From positions 234,980,001-235,044,000 of the forward strand of contig OZ024740.1 in the NCBI GenBank assembly GCA_964016885.1: a stretch of 64,000 bases of DNA, written 5' to 3'. Origin of the DNA: Eledone cirrhosa (lineage: Eukaryota). A model generated the notes under the pieces. That model made no database searches and was not told the origin of the DNA. It was given only the letters and a program-made list of their open reading frames with translations. Made by a program: the position numbers and the translations under genes. Shown here one piece after another: positions 36,088 through 48,113 of the stretch; the first letter of the stretch is position 1; the number at the start of each line of letters is the position of its first letter.

Positions 36088-36928
36088 TGCCAGTCTGTTG
36101 AACGATTGAAAATATATAATATTTTCTTAAGTACACATCAGCTGAGTAACCTCATTTGCATATCGAGCGAGTTACGGCTGGGCTTGCCGAATATTAAAAG
36201 GGTAGAGACCATTTGATTTGCACCTAGAAAGTTCTCCTCCGAGACACAAGTCCGGGCAACGTTGTTTGTGGAAGACCAGCAGTCGCCCATACATACCAGT
36301 CTCCCCTCTCCACGCCACTAATGTTGTTCCATGCAAAAAACAATGGCCGATACAGCTTGGCACCAGTGACGTCACAACTCATTTCTACTGCTGAGTAAAC
36401 TGGAGCAACGTGAAATACACAGAAAGTACTTCAAATCATTTTACTAATGTCTACGTGCGTTTCAACTTCAATATTACCAGGTAATACTAAAGCCTCGTCA
36501 TGGCATTAATTCGGGATTCGGATGATGCAAGTTCCAAGGAGACATAACAATCCATAGTCAATAAGGTAAAGAAATTAAAACTGTTTTTTCAAGAAATTTT
36601 TGAAATAGAAACAAATTATTTGATCTACGGAGGGAGACGCACAAACAATGCAGTTAATTATTTGAACAAAATAGACTTTTCAGCAACAAGAGATTGAAGA
36701 GGTTTTTTGAAGGGATTTTTTTTTTTAAAGAAAGACGGTTATTTTCTTTACACAGAAAAGGTGTTCACCTGGTGTATGGTAAACATACCAAATACGAAAG
36801 CACATCAGGTCGCTTCAACCCAGTTAGGTTAACAGTCAGATCTGACATTTGCCCTTCAATTAAACTCTCGAACAATACGCCTTATGGTCAGTCACTATAC
36901 TCACCAAAATCTTTAATCTTTGTGCACC

Positions 36929-36972
<44 letters not shown>

Positions 36973-36985
36973 TTCTATCTATCTT

Positions 36986-37036
<51 letters not shown>

Positions 37037-37040
<4 letters not shown>

Positions 37041-38195
37041 GCTGCCAACACCCTTCTAACGGAGGGCTGAGGATGCCGTGGTTGACGATGCGCAAACACG
37101 CGCTCAGGCTGCGGCATCTCTACGTATTCCTCACCGGACAACCGGTGTGGGCCCCGTTCGTGAGGCGAGCCTTCCCACGACTCGTCTCGCTGACCGAGCT
37201 GCAGTCCTGGGTCAAGCAGAGACCGAGGAAAATGGGCGACTGGCACATCGAATGTGCTCAGGCGCTCACAGCCCTCTGGCAGGCGGACCCGGCGATCAGT
37301 GGAGACTCCACTTCGTCATTCTATAGAGGGTTGGTCCGCAGCAAGTGCGACGACGCGCTCGGTGAAACTCTAGGCGTAGAGGAAGATGAACTGGCCAGTC
37401 TGTTCGGTAGGACCTTCCGCCCGGGACCGATGGACAACTTCCAAAAGTCTCTGGCCTGGCAGTGCTACCGAGGAGCTCTACCAGTTCGAGACAAGCTCTA
37501 CAGACATGGGCGCCCGGGCAGGGACCCTGCAAAATAGATCTGTCCGAGGTGCGTGCGAGACGAAGAAACCGTCGCGCACGCATTCATACACTGCCCGGGC
37601 GTCACTGACCTGTGGGGCTATGTAGAACGACTATTGTCGCGGGTGGGACCAATCCAGTTGACCACCGAGTCCATTGTCATGATCAAACCGTCACCCTCCT
37701 TCAAAAACGAAGGAGAGGCGGTTTTCCTTTGTGTGATAGCTATGGCGAAAGAGGTTGTATGGTGGACAAGGTTGAAAGGGCTGAGGTCAGACACCTTTCT
37801 CTCCGGCCAACAACTGATTCTTTTTTTCAAATACCACTTTGGAAGAAGAATCAGGATGGTGAGAGAGGTGCTGTACCCCAGCAAGTTTTATGAAAGGTGG
37901 GTGAAAGTGGCGAGAATGGCCCGAGTGAATGGGCCTTCTCTCTATATCAGCCTGTAGGTTGAGGAAAAGGAGGAGGAGAGGAAAGGAATACAAGCTCTTC
38001 GTACTCCTGGAGATGAGGGTTGCACATTTTTTTTCGGGGGTATGTGTTACCCATATAAACTGTCTCCCTCTATTGGGGAAAATCGACTAACTTTTAAATT
38101 CCATCTGTGATAACATTTTACACGTTTTTATTGTATGTAAACTTCCCCCTTTGTATTTGTCCCCTTCTTTTGTGCCCCTGTGGCTAATAAAGAAA
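37037..38195 (+). mobile_element. 5'-truncated Tx1-like LINE (subfamily B)
   Basis: Nearly identical to 52351-53508; (ATCT)n on both sides. Confidence 0.95.
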
Positions 38196-38207
38196 TATAT
38201 CTATCTA

Positions 38208-38238
<31 letters not shown>

Positions 38239-38269
38239 ATATATATATTTATATATATATTTCTCTCTA

Positions 38270-38307
<38 letters not shown>

Positions 38308-38313
38308 AATCCG

Positions 38314-38376
<63 letters not shown>

Positions 38377-38378
38377 TA

Positions 38379-38454
38379 ACAGATTAAAGTTTAAGCAAAG
38401 AATCGCTGCTTTCACCCTTAACGGGATCTTCTGAAACTAACAAAGTCAATCTGT
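38379..38454 (-). ncRNA. Variant type I hammerhead motif (CAGAAGA core)
   Basis: Helix I agttt/aaact extended by acagattga/ttaatctgt; helix II ccc/ggg; GAAAGCA/TGCT; CUU triplet. Confidence 0.55.
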
Positions 38455-39227
38455 AAACGCAGAACAGGATATTTCAAAAAACGTTGCAACCGGAGGAAGA
38501 CAGGAAGACGATACTTTGGTTCGTGGTAACGTTCGCTGGCAAAGAACGGGAAAAAACGAAGATAATAAGTCATATGTGGAGCGTGGAGAACAATAGCACG
38601 CAAAGACAAAACCACGTAAATGGTATAGCAGAAATCGTAGACTAAAATTCTAACTAGGAGACCAAATGAATCTCCGCTACAGAGTTAAGAACAAAGTAAA
38701 TAAATACAATACAGAAGTAATAGAAACAATTAAATACATACACGCAAACAGATACGTACATACACAAGCATACGCAAAACCTTACCATGGGTATACAAAA
38801 CCACGCACATATAAATATGTGAGTGTGTGTATGCTTGTGTACAAATAAATAAATAATTATATAAACGTATATAAGTAAATAAATACGTATATAACAAGCG
38901 CACACGCATACCTACATATAAATACCCGAATGTTCGGAGACGTAAGTCAACTAAAACAAGAAGTACTCATATACACACACCCGCCATACGTACGAGCCTG
39001 CACACTCACGCGGACGCAAAACTCCCGTATACACATAGCCAAACCCTAAATACCAGGATATGTAAAAATTATACGCTATAACAGTCGAATATACGTACGA
39101 GAAGGTATACATACCTTCACAAAACATACGGGTAATAAATACTTACCTATGAAAATAAGTAAAGGAATAAACAAAACATATACTTAGCTCCCACATCAAG
39201 ACGTAAAATATCCACGTATAGATCGTG

Positions 39228-40113
39228 CTATCCGTTAGGGTATAACGTGGGGCTGTAATACAGGAAAGTTTTGTGCAATTTATGTTTACAAGCCGAAATT
39301 GCCTCAGATTTTTTGTTTAAGATGTCGTCTGTGGCGTAGAGTATTTCCAGGGCCTCAGCGGCGCAGAGGTCACATGGTCTTTTATTTCCGTTATACGATC
39401 TAGCCCTAGCTAGGATCTCCCAGTGTAACTTATATTGGGTGTGGTTGTCTTTTAGACTCCAGATATAAGCTGAAAGTGACGTCATATTCCTTCTTAGAGG
39501 GTAACGAAAAGAATGGGTATGCATGTAAAGACGCTGCTTGAAACTATTGGCGGTTAACCCTATGTAGGCCCTACGGGACGTGGGTGTTGCAACCTTACAT
39601 TTGTAGACAATGTTACTAGAGAGGCATTTCCCGGATAGGGGGCAATCAGCCCGATTCCTACAATTACAGTTGGTACTAACTACAGGGTTGCACGTGTTCC
39701 TACGGCTAGGTAGTTTAGCTAAATTTGAAGCTGTGATGTTATGTGCAAGGTTAGGAGTCGTAGAGTAAGAAATTTTAATAGTATTTCTATTAAAAATTTT
39801 ACTATATTTATGTGTAGGGGGAAAATGCTTCGTAATAAGGGAAAGAAAGATCTTAGCTAATGGTGTGGCCACCTCCATATTATATGGTGGGTTAAACCAA
39901 CAAATGCGACGGGATCTATTTCTTCTAGGTCTATTTTCGTACTCTGTATATGCTACCTTATCGACAAATCCACTTCGAGCAAGAGCTTCATTGTAATAAG
40001 TGGAATGGTCGTTGAAAATGCGCTCGTTGGTGGAAAGACGGGAAAGCCTCAACGAAACGTTTCTTACCAGGTTCTTGGTTATGCTGGCAGGATGGTTGGA
40101 ATGCTTACTTATG
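39228..40113 (-). CDS. Penelope-like ORF C-terminus: RT thumb/linker plus GIY-YIG endonuclease (truncated)
   Basis: WFNPPYN, KIFNRNTIKISYS, CNC..CPLSGKC, IVYKC..AYIGLT..FKQRLYMH, CDLC..E, LNKKSE..C.H. Confidence 0.92.
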
Positions 40114-40252
40114 TAAGGGTGAATGCAGCGATTCTTTGCTTAAACTTTAATCTGTTATTTTAATAAATATTTGCTCTACGGTTCTTATATATTTGATATA
40201 TATTTTCCTTATCGAGCCCTCTTTGGATTTTAGTCTTCAATTTTATTATTAT

Positions 40253-40330
<78 letters not shown>

Positions 40331-40547
40331 CGGATCCAGCAATCGAAACGGCCGTAGCCCAGCCGTCGGGGTCCTGAATCTTTTCATCTATCTATCTCGC
40401 AATTTTCAATTTGTCAAGCTGTCTAAACGTATGTTATTACTCTAAGGCCTACAACCTTATTGAGTCCTTTGCTGCACATTCCTAATAGTAGGTCGTTAGC
40501 TTGGCCACAGCCAAAGCTTCGATTTTACTAAACTTCCACTTGTATTA

Positions 40548-40578
<31 letters not shown>

Positions 40579-41103
40579 TTCTCCATCTATTTATCTATCT
40601 ATTCCGCTCTATCTCCCCCCCCCTCCTTCTCCCTCTCTCTACAAGGATGTATTCCAAAATTTGGAAACCTTCAACGTATTGTCAACTTACGAAACAGGTT
40701 ATTAAGCCAGTATTGGCGAAACATCTAAATACATGGCCACTATTGATAATATTACTGTTGGCTGCTCATTGATTCAATGGTCACGATGCTTCTCTCCATC
40801 AGATATCTCTACAATACCTCTGTTAAACATACAGAGGAAACATAATTCAAATATGTCAAAGGCAGAACCGGGTACGACCGGACATAGATTAAACCAAATA
40901 CATTGTTATTGTTGAATGACCGAATTTGGCTCATGGTGCTGGGATGTCCTCCAATTATCCCAGCTTTTCTCCATACATAAAGCATTAAGTTGGTCGCTAA
41001 TTTGTTGAAGGAGAATCGTGGTATTTCCACATCAATTTATTATTTAAAAGTACATTGGTAATATTTTTTTCATATCGAGATAACAGGATTTTTTTTTACT
41101 AAT

Positions 41104-41200
41104 ACGGTTGTCCCTCGGTATTCGCGGAGTTAACGTTCCTAGAGCACCCGCGAAGTGTGAAAAATCGCGAATATTGGACCTGGTCCTTAAAAATGCCTAT
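41104..41200 (+). mobile_element. Tigger/pogo-like TIR fragment
   Basis: ta-cggttgtccctcggtattcgcgg resembles Tigger termini. Confidence 0.45.
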
Positions 41201-41485
41201 AAACGTCAAAATATAACGTAAAATATAATTTAAAAAAAGAAGGAGCGTCTTATGCGAAGGGGCGTCCAATAGACCAGCAAATACAGTATATTGTTGTTAA
41301 TGATTTAGCGTTAAAAAATATATATTTACGCAGATATTTTTAACGGTTAACTAACCTGCACTTTAAAGACTATCGTACCAGTTAGCCAGAGAAGTTAAAC
41401 TCTTTGACCCTTGCCAAGATGGAGGGCTTTAAACCAATTACAATTTATATAATAAATGTAATCTGAGTTTTTCGAATATTAATAA

Positions 41486-41671
41486 TTGTTTCTACTTTAG
41501 GCACAAGGCCAGCAATTACCCAGTGCATTACTGGTACTTTATTTTATCGACCCCGTAAGGATGAAAGGCAAAGTCAACCTCGGCGGGATTTGAACTCAGA
41601 TCGTAAAGGGACGTAACTATGCTGGAAAGCATGGCGTCCGACCCTCTACCGATACTGCCAATCCACAGCCC
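41486..41671 (-). mobile_element. SINE (main family) with TSD
   Basis: TSD ttttcgaatattaataa. Confidence 0.92.
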
Positions 41672-41945
41672 TTTTCGAATATTAATAATAATATGCGATT
41701 CGTTTGCAATTATACAAACAGCCTCATTTTGTAAGCCATGTCAGTAGAATGAGCCCCTCATTCTTTCTCTTGTGTTGGCATGTAAACAGAACTACAGACA
41801 CTAATGTTTCTCACTAATGGTATCACCCTTCATCAGTGCAGTTCAACTGTCAGAGCTAGTGAAAATATATGATACTTTCAGGCCGATCAGTCACTGTATA
41901 TTTTAGAAAATAGCATATATTTTCACTAGCTCTGACAGTTGGTAG

Positions 41946-42011
41946 GTGAACAATGAACTGCACTGATGAAGGATGATACCCAGAAACATTAGTGTCTGCA
42001 GTTCTGTTTAC
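41946..42011 (+). ncRNA. Type I hammerhead motif (family B-like)
   Basis: gaactgca-CTGATGA-agg atgata ccca-GAAAC attagt GTC-tgcagttc; helix I extends gtgaaca/tgtttac; altered mirror copy at 41781-41844 on minus. Confidence 0.8.
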
Positions 42012-42107
42012 ATCCCAACTCAAGAGCAAGAATGAGGGGCTCATTCTACTAACATGGCTTTTAAAATGAGGCTGTTTGCATAATTGCAAACGAATCGATT
42101 ATCATGA

Positions 42108-42290
42108 ATTGGCAGTATCGGTAGAGGGTCGGACGCCATGCTTTGACGCATAGATATACGGCCCTTGCCATTCTGAGTTCAAATCCCGCCGAGGTTAACT
42201 TTGCCTTTCATCCTTACGGGATCGATAAAATAAAGTACCAGTAATACACTGGGCAATTGCTGGCCTTGTGCCAAAAGTAGAAACAATTAT
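42108..42290 (+). mobile_element. SINE (main family, different variant)
   Basis: Family match; diagnostic ggcccttgccattctgag shared with 31365-31551. Confidence 0.9.
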
Positions 42291-42385
42291 TAATATTCGA
42301 AAAACTCAGATTACATTTATTATATTCAGCCATGTAGAGCGTTAATTTTTTATTTTTTTATTACAAATTATATATATATTTATAT

Positions 42386-42799
42386 GTAATACAAATGAAT
42401 ATATGATAGGGATAAACACTGATACAAGTATACAAGTGTTTGCATTGCAAATGACCAAGTTAACTAGATTGAAAACTACTAATTAAAATAATACGGTTTG
42501 CCTATCTCGATTTAAAATAATAAATCAATAAAAACAAACCTATATTGGCAATAGCCGTGATACCTGGACAAATTTAAATTTTAAATTTGTTTCGCAACAA
42601 TTAAGTGAAATTTCCTATTCCTGTGCTCTTCTGCAGGTATCCAGAAATTGGTAAGTTTCACTTCAAAATACTTAGTATTTTGAAGTGAAACTTACCAATT
42701 AATTAGTAGTTTTCAATCTAGCTAACTTGGTCATTTGCAATGCAAACACTTGTATACTTGTATCAGTGTTTATCCCTATCATATATTCATTTGTATTAC
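42386..42799. repeat. Nested inverted repeats
   Basis: 42386-42485 versus 42700-42799, plus a perfect 26-bp-arm hairpin at 42646-42700. Confidence 0.9.
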
Positions 42800-42904
42800 A
42801 CGGCTCAGAAATATCCCTTTCTTTGAGCTATTTAATTGTAAAAGATTTTTTGAGTTTATAACTCTATATATAATATATTTATATGTATATATTTTTGTGT
42901 GTGT

Positions 42905-43190
42905 GGACCTGTAACTCCTGGCAGAGTCGTAGATGCGTCGTAGTGACATTTTAAACCTGGCGTAGCCCATCTCTTTTCAGATCTGAACGCAGCCGATTTA
43001 TTCCAGAGAAGGAGAAAGAGAGATGGAGAGAAAGTGTGAAAGAGATATAGAGGAAGACTCAATCCTAGTACCGGACTGATAGGTTTTTATCGACTTCGAA
43101 AGGATGACAAGCAATTTGACCACGGCGGGACCACATGAACTTAGTACGCCAGAACGAATACCAATATCCTAACCACTCTACTAATCTGCC
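42905..43190 (-). mobile_element. Older SINE variant with alternative tail
   Basis: Reverse complement resembles 4563-4850. Confidence 0.6.
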
Positions 43191-43581
43191 ACCTCTGATG
43201 CTTTGCGCACTTATGGCTTTGCAATGCCGTGTATTGTAACCCCGAGACACACACCTGACCTGCCAACCGCTAAAAACCAAACAGGGAGAAATGAGGCAAA
43301 ATGGGGAGATTTTACATAATGAAAGCTGTACCCATATTCACAAGAGAAGACATCTCTCACCCACCCTAAAATGGGTGGGAGACCTCTCGGTCGGACGGGG
43401 AGAGTAGACAGGTCTCCACACACGATCTCATTCAATATTAACTGAAATGAATTCCAAAAATAGAGTAACTCATACGGAGTTATTAGTGTGGTGGTAATAA
43501 TTGAACAAGTTAATTAAGGTTATCAATAGAACTTATGCAACTAATATCAACCAGTAGATAACTCAAATCAATTAATAAGTA

Positions 43582-43750
43582 CCGTATTTCCCAGCGTCAA
43601 AGATGCTACTTTATTCCTAAAATAAATCTCAAAAATCTACCATGCGTCCTGGAGGCCGAAGGTTGTTTATTATTTTTTTTCAAATTTTTGGTTGTCAAAA
43701 TTAGGGTTCGTCCTGGAGGACGAAGCGTCTTCGGCGCCGGGAAATATGTT
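43582..43750 (+). mobile_element. Tc1/mariner-type MITE
   Basis: TA-ccgtatttcccagcgtcaaagatgc ... gcgtcttcggcgccgggaaatatgt-TA imperfect TIRs. Confidence 0.65.
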
Positions 43751-43993
43751 AATAAGATTTTCAAAAATACGGATGTTAAATTTGCTAACAATCAGTGCAT
43801 TGTATTGTCTTTAATTTAGTACTGTATTATCATATGAGTACTACTTTTATAATTAATGGTGTATTTTTCTTGGTAATTTTATATGGATGTATTGTCCACT
43901 TTCCAACTTTGTTTTGTTGTTGTTGTTGTTGTTGTTTTTTGTGTGTAAACTGTGTAAGCGTAATTGGATACGCATACACAGACATGTGATGTC

Positions 43994-44079
<86 letters not shown>

Positions 44080-44115
44080 ATATGTATGTACATGTAACAT
44101 ATATATATATATAGA

Positions 44116-44163
44116 CATCCCGAGCTGAAGATCCGCGAAGGTGAAACAATTGTTCACGGTATG
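44116..44163 (+). ncRNA. Minimal hammerhead motif in a ~78-bp island between (TA)n tracts
   Basis: CTGAAGA-t cc gcgaa gg t-GAAAC aatt GTT; palindrome acaattgt; helix I catcccgag/cacggtatg with 2 mismatches. Confidence 0.6.
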
Positions 44164-44187
44164 GTGAACTAACTGTTGTGTAACCAC

Positions 44188-44242
<55 letters not shown>

Positions 44243-44281
44243 ATATGTATGTATGTACAATTATATATATATATATATTTG

Positions 44282-44412
<131 letters not shown>

Positions 44413-45097
44413 GGGGGGACAGACAGATAGTAGACAAAACATCTTGTATAGAATTACCAATAAAAACAGAGGTTTAATAATAGAAACAATACTCATATGA
44501 CAATACAATAGTAAAATAAACGCAAACAAAATACACAGGTCATAAACAAAATGACCTCACGAATTATGTATAAATCTAACAATCTAACGATTAAATCTCA
44601 AATTTTCTGCAATAATCTCAATTTTCCGACAATAAAGTCAACACAAATGTTGCCAATAAAAGTCCTTACAAATCACATTTACCTAAAATAATTTAAAAAA
44701 AACAAAAAACAAAAAAAAACAGGATAGAAGCGAAAACACTTCACATTCTGATGAGGGGGCTGTGATAGTGTAGAAACATTTCTGATAGATTTAGGAACTT
44801 TATTGTTTCAAACAATCTACAAAGGACTCATAAAGAAATATAAAAAATCTCTAGTTAAGAATCTAAAACTGGACATATTCGCCTCTTACACGTCCGAACA
44901 CACACATACAAACATCATATCAATGTTTATATGATGCCTTACTTCTTGTAGAATATACTTTGTGTGTGTGTATATATATATGTGTGTGTGTGTGTGTGCG
45001 TGTGTGCATGTGAGTGTGTGTGTGTGTGTGTGAATCGGGTTCAATCGGGTGTAACCACAGTAAGTAAGGTACTCAATACATTGCAGAGTATAAATAT

Positions 45098-45210
45098 TTA
45101 ATATAGAAATGGCTTTTACAGGACTAGAACTGTTTCATTCGAAGGAAATCATCAGGAAAGCCCTGGTGATTTCCTTTGAATGAAAGACTTCCAGTTCTGT
45201 AGAAACCATT

Positions 45211-45219
<9 letters not shown>
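45098..45219. repeat. Diverged palindrome with hammerhead-like cores
   Basis: Minus: CTGATGA tttccttcgaat GAAAC agttcta GTC; plus: decayed CTGGTGA...GAAAG. Confidence 0.55.
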
Positions 45220-45256
<37 letters not shown>

Positions 45257-46264
45257 CGTTTCTGAATTTGTTTAGCAAGATTCTTTATCTGAAATCGTGT
45301 GTTGAAACCGATATTGTTATACTTTGGGAGGGTCATGTTGCCAATAAGAAACACACGCACCAGTTGCTTTCACTTATATTTATTATATATTTATAAATTT
45401 ACAAATTTATAAATAAATAAATAAATTTCTGGTTGGTTGGTTGGTTCCACAACCAGATAGTTGTTTATATATAGTCATAGTTCTTTCGTCACACACTCTG
45501 TGATCTCTTCAGTGACTGGGGATTCCTTTCTTTGTTTCTGTGCCTCTCCTTTGTTCTGTCCTACGCCATTTTGTTTCTGTGTGTGTGTTGTGTGCTCAGT
45601 CTGCGCATGCGTCACATCCGGGTGTCTGTGTGTGTTTATGTTCATTTATCTATTTGTTTATTTACATGTTACTGGTTGGTTGTTTGTTCTATGTGTGTGT
45701 GTGTTTTCATTTTTTCCTTAATTGTAAGTTGTGATGTTGCTGTTCCACTCATATTTTCATGAAAATATGAGTGGAACAGCAGGGAGTTAACAGGAAGAAC
45801 ATGAAACGACGGGGAAAATAGAAATAAAAATAAACATGAAAATTAAAATAAAAACAGAATTTTAAAAAATATATAAACAGAATTTTTTTAAATATGAAAA
45901 TGAAGGGGATGGGAGGGGTGTACGGGTCCGGGATAGTAAGGTATGGTGGGGGGAAGAGAGAAAGGGAGAGGGAAGGGGAAAGAAAATTAGAGACGAGCGG
46001 GGATGGCGGAAGGTAAGGAGTGTGTTTATGTGTAGATGTAAGTATGTGTGTGTGTGCGTGGTTAAAAGAAAGGGATGCGTGGTATGTCTGTAGGTGTTGT
46101 GGGTTCGTGTAAGGTGTGTATTTGTGTGTGTGCGGAAATGGTGCAAGTGTCTGTGTGTCTAAGTTTCTGAATGAATATTGGTGTGCGTGTGTGTGTGGAT
46201 GGTAAAGATCCGGAGGTATACCAGGTGGAGTCAATGTGAGGTAAATTCCAAGTTCAAGTAGAAG

Positions 46265-47165
46265 AGAATGGCGATGAGGAAATGGAGCTGATTGCTACTT
46301 CTTGTCAGAAGAGTGCCATCTCTTCATTGAACATTGAATCTGCTTTTGTTTTGCAGGCACGTTCACAGATGACATACTTGAACTGTCTGTCTCTTGGCAA
46401 TACTGGATGGAGTGTGTCTTCATGCATTTTACCATATCTGTTCATACATTCTACAATGAGTAGAGTGCGTGGCGGTAGAACCATCTCACAAGTGGCTCGA
46501 TTTCTCTCTGGTTCGTGTGATTTCAGATGGTTGACAAATCCAGCTCTTGATAGAAGAAATCGGCTACATACATCGCACCTCAGTTCCTGCTGGATTTTTG
46601 CAGGCACTGCACTTGAGTCCCGCTTACGGAGTAAACGCTTCAAAACAACATGCTCCGTTCACTTTTACTCAAATAAATCATTCCCCATGATGTACGGATT
46701 TCTGCCAGTCTCTTCTAGTTGTTCTCCATGGAAAAGGGACACAGCATAAACCAAAGAAGCGGTTTAAGGATGTCATAAAAGTTCTGAAGATTGATATCTT
46801 CAGAACTTTTATGACATCCTTAAACCGCTTCTTTGGTTTATGCTGTGTCCTTTTTCCTCTGGTCAGTTACCCATAAAACAGCTTTTTATGCAGTCTTCCA
46901 CCTTCCATCGTGACCACATGACCAGCCCAACGCATCTGGTTCATAATAACCCTCCTCTCACTACTTGTGCTTCCCGCTTTCTCAAGTACCGCAGCATCAG
47001 GTGTGCAAGAGAGCCACTTGATGTTCAGAATGCGTCGGGTACAATGATGAAACCTTCCTAGCTGCCTGATGTCATACCTTTAAGTTGTCCACGCTTCGCA
47101 TAAAGTGACTGTAAGAACACAGACCTCATACAGAGATCTGACCAGACTCGCTTCTCAAGATTCCG
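46265..47165 (-). pseudogene. RTE-like LINE 3' remnant with C2H2 zinc-finger tail
   Basis: PKKRFKDVIK-like motif; LRCDVCSRFLLSRAGFVNHLKSH. Confidence 0.65.
46730..46857. repeat. Near-perfect palindrome (~60-bp arms, 4-nt loop)
   Basis: ggacacagcataaacc...ttctgaagat tgat atcttcagaa...ggtttatgctgtgtcc. Confidence 0.95.
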
Positions 47166-47265
47166 CAAGGCAAGACTCGCTTTCACAACCGAGGGTACCA
47201 TCTGTAAGTTTACTTCCGAGATACATCAAGTCTTTTTCCTCTTACGAAACGAAAATGTGTGTGTG

Positions 47266-47342
<77 letters not shown>

Positions 47343-47351
47343 GTATATATA

Positions 47352-47412
<61 letters not shown>

Positions 47413-47453
47413 ATGATATTAATAAATGGAAACTATATTTATAAAACCATATT

Positions 47454-47514
47454 TATTCTATTATATATATTTCAAGGGTACCAAAACTTTGGTACGCACT
47501 CATCAGATAAAATA
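47454..47514 (-). ncRNA. Type I hammerhead motif (family A)
   Basis: Minus: tattttat-CTGATGA-gtgc gtaccaa agtt ttggtac cctt-GAAA-tatatata-atagaata. Confidence 0.75.
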
Positions 47515-48113
47515 CAAAGTTTGTTTTATAAATATTGACATATCCAGGAAGGGGATCTTAACAGTTCAAGTTTTACCTGGATAGTAAAAGGAAAGAGGGG
47601 AAAGAGAGGAAAAGTCAAATATTTCAAATTATTAAGATGAATATGCAAATGAGGTTGAGGTATAGGGCTGAAAAAAACGTTATTTTTAGACGCTAGGTAG
47701 ATTTAAATAATTATTAGGATATATATATGTATGTGTAGGAAGAAGAAAGAGAAAGAAAGAAAAGCTTGTATTTACGTGGATTTAAAAAGAATTAACAGTT
47801 TGTAGGAATGGTGGAATATGGTTCCGGAATTTAAAAAATTATTTAGCTATATTATGAGTTATAATATTATATATATAATCAGTTAGATTATATGAAGAAT
47901 TCTGGTTGTAAGTACATTTTATCTTATATTGCACAGGTTATAAGTATATAAATATCTATATAGATTAATAAGTGTGTAAGTATAAGTATTATTGGTGATT
48001 TTATAGAAATAGAACACGCGTATTAATTGTTTACATTTCTAATATGAGTTACGAAGGATGTTGATTTTACATTTTACATAAATACTTAAGAAAAAGACGT
48101 AGTTCAAATTGCC

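Larger units (their letters stand above)
38370..40243 (-). mobile_element. 5'-truncated Penelope-like element with inverted partial terminal repeat
   Basis: GIY-YIG ORF on minus; terminal repeat at 38370-38436 and inverted copy at 40114-40243; (TA)n flanks. Confidence 0.9.
41447..42325. repeat. ~420-bp inverted duplication; each arm holds a SINE and a hammerhead motif
   Basis: 41447-41873 versus 41913-42325. Confidence 0.9.

Noticed and set aside
39228-40052. Selenocysteine-encoding Penelope-like protein
   Set aside because: No in-frame TGA at conserved Cys positions in either GIY-YIG remnant
44745-44790. CTGATGA...GAAAC hammerhead candidate
   Set aside because: No helix I, II or III pairing and no matching NUH triplet
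45285-45325. ctgaaatcgtgtgttgaaac hammerhead-like string (also 63880-63925 on minus)
   Set aside because: Both copies lack the conserved G8 and have only a 3-bp helix I
46340-46600. Host C2H2 zinc-finger gene exon
   Set aside because: Continuous with RTE-like remnants; RTE elements can end in such fingers; no array with TGEKP linkers
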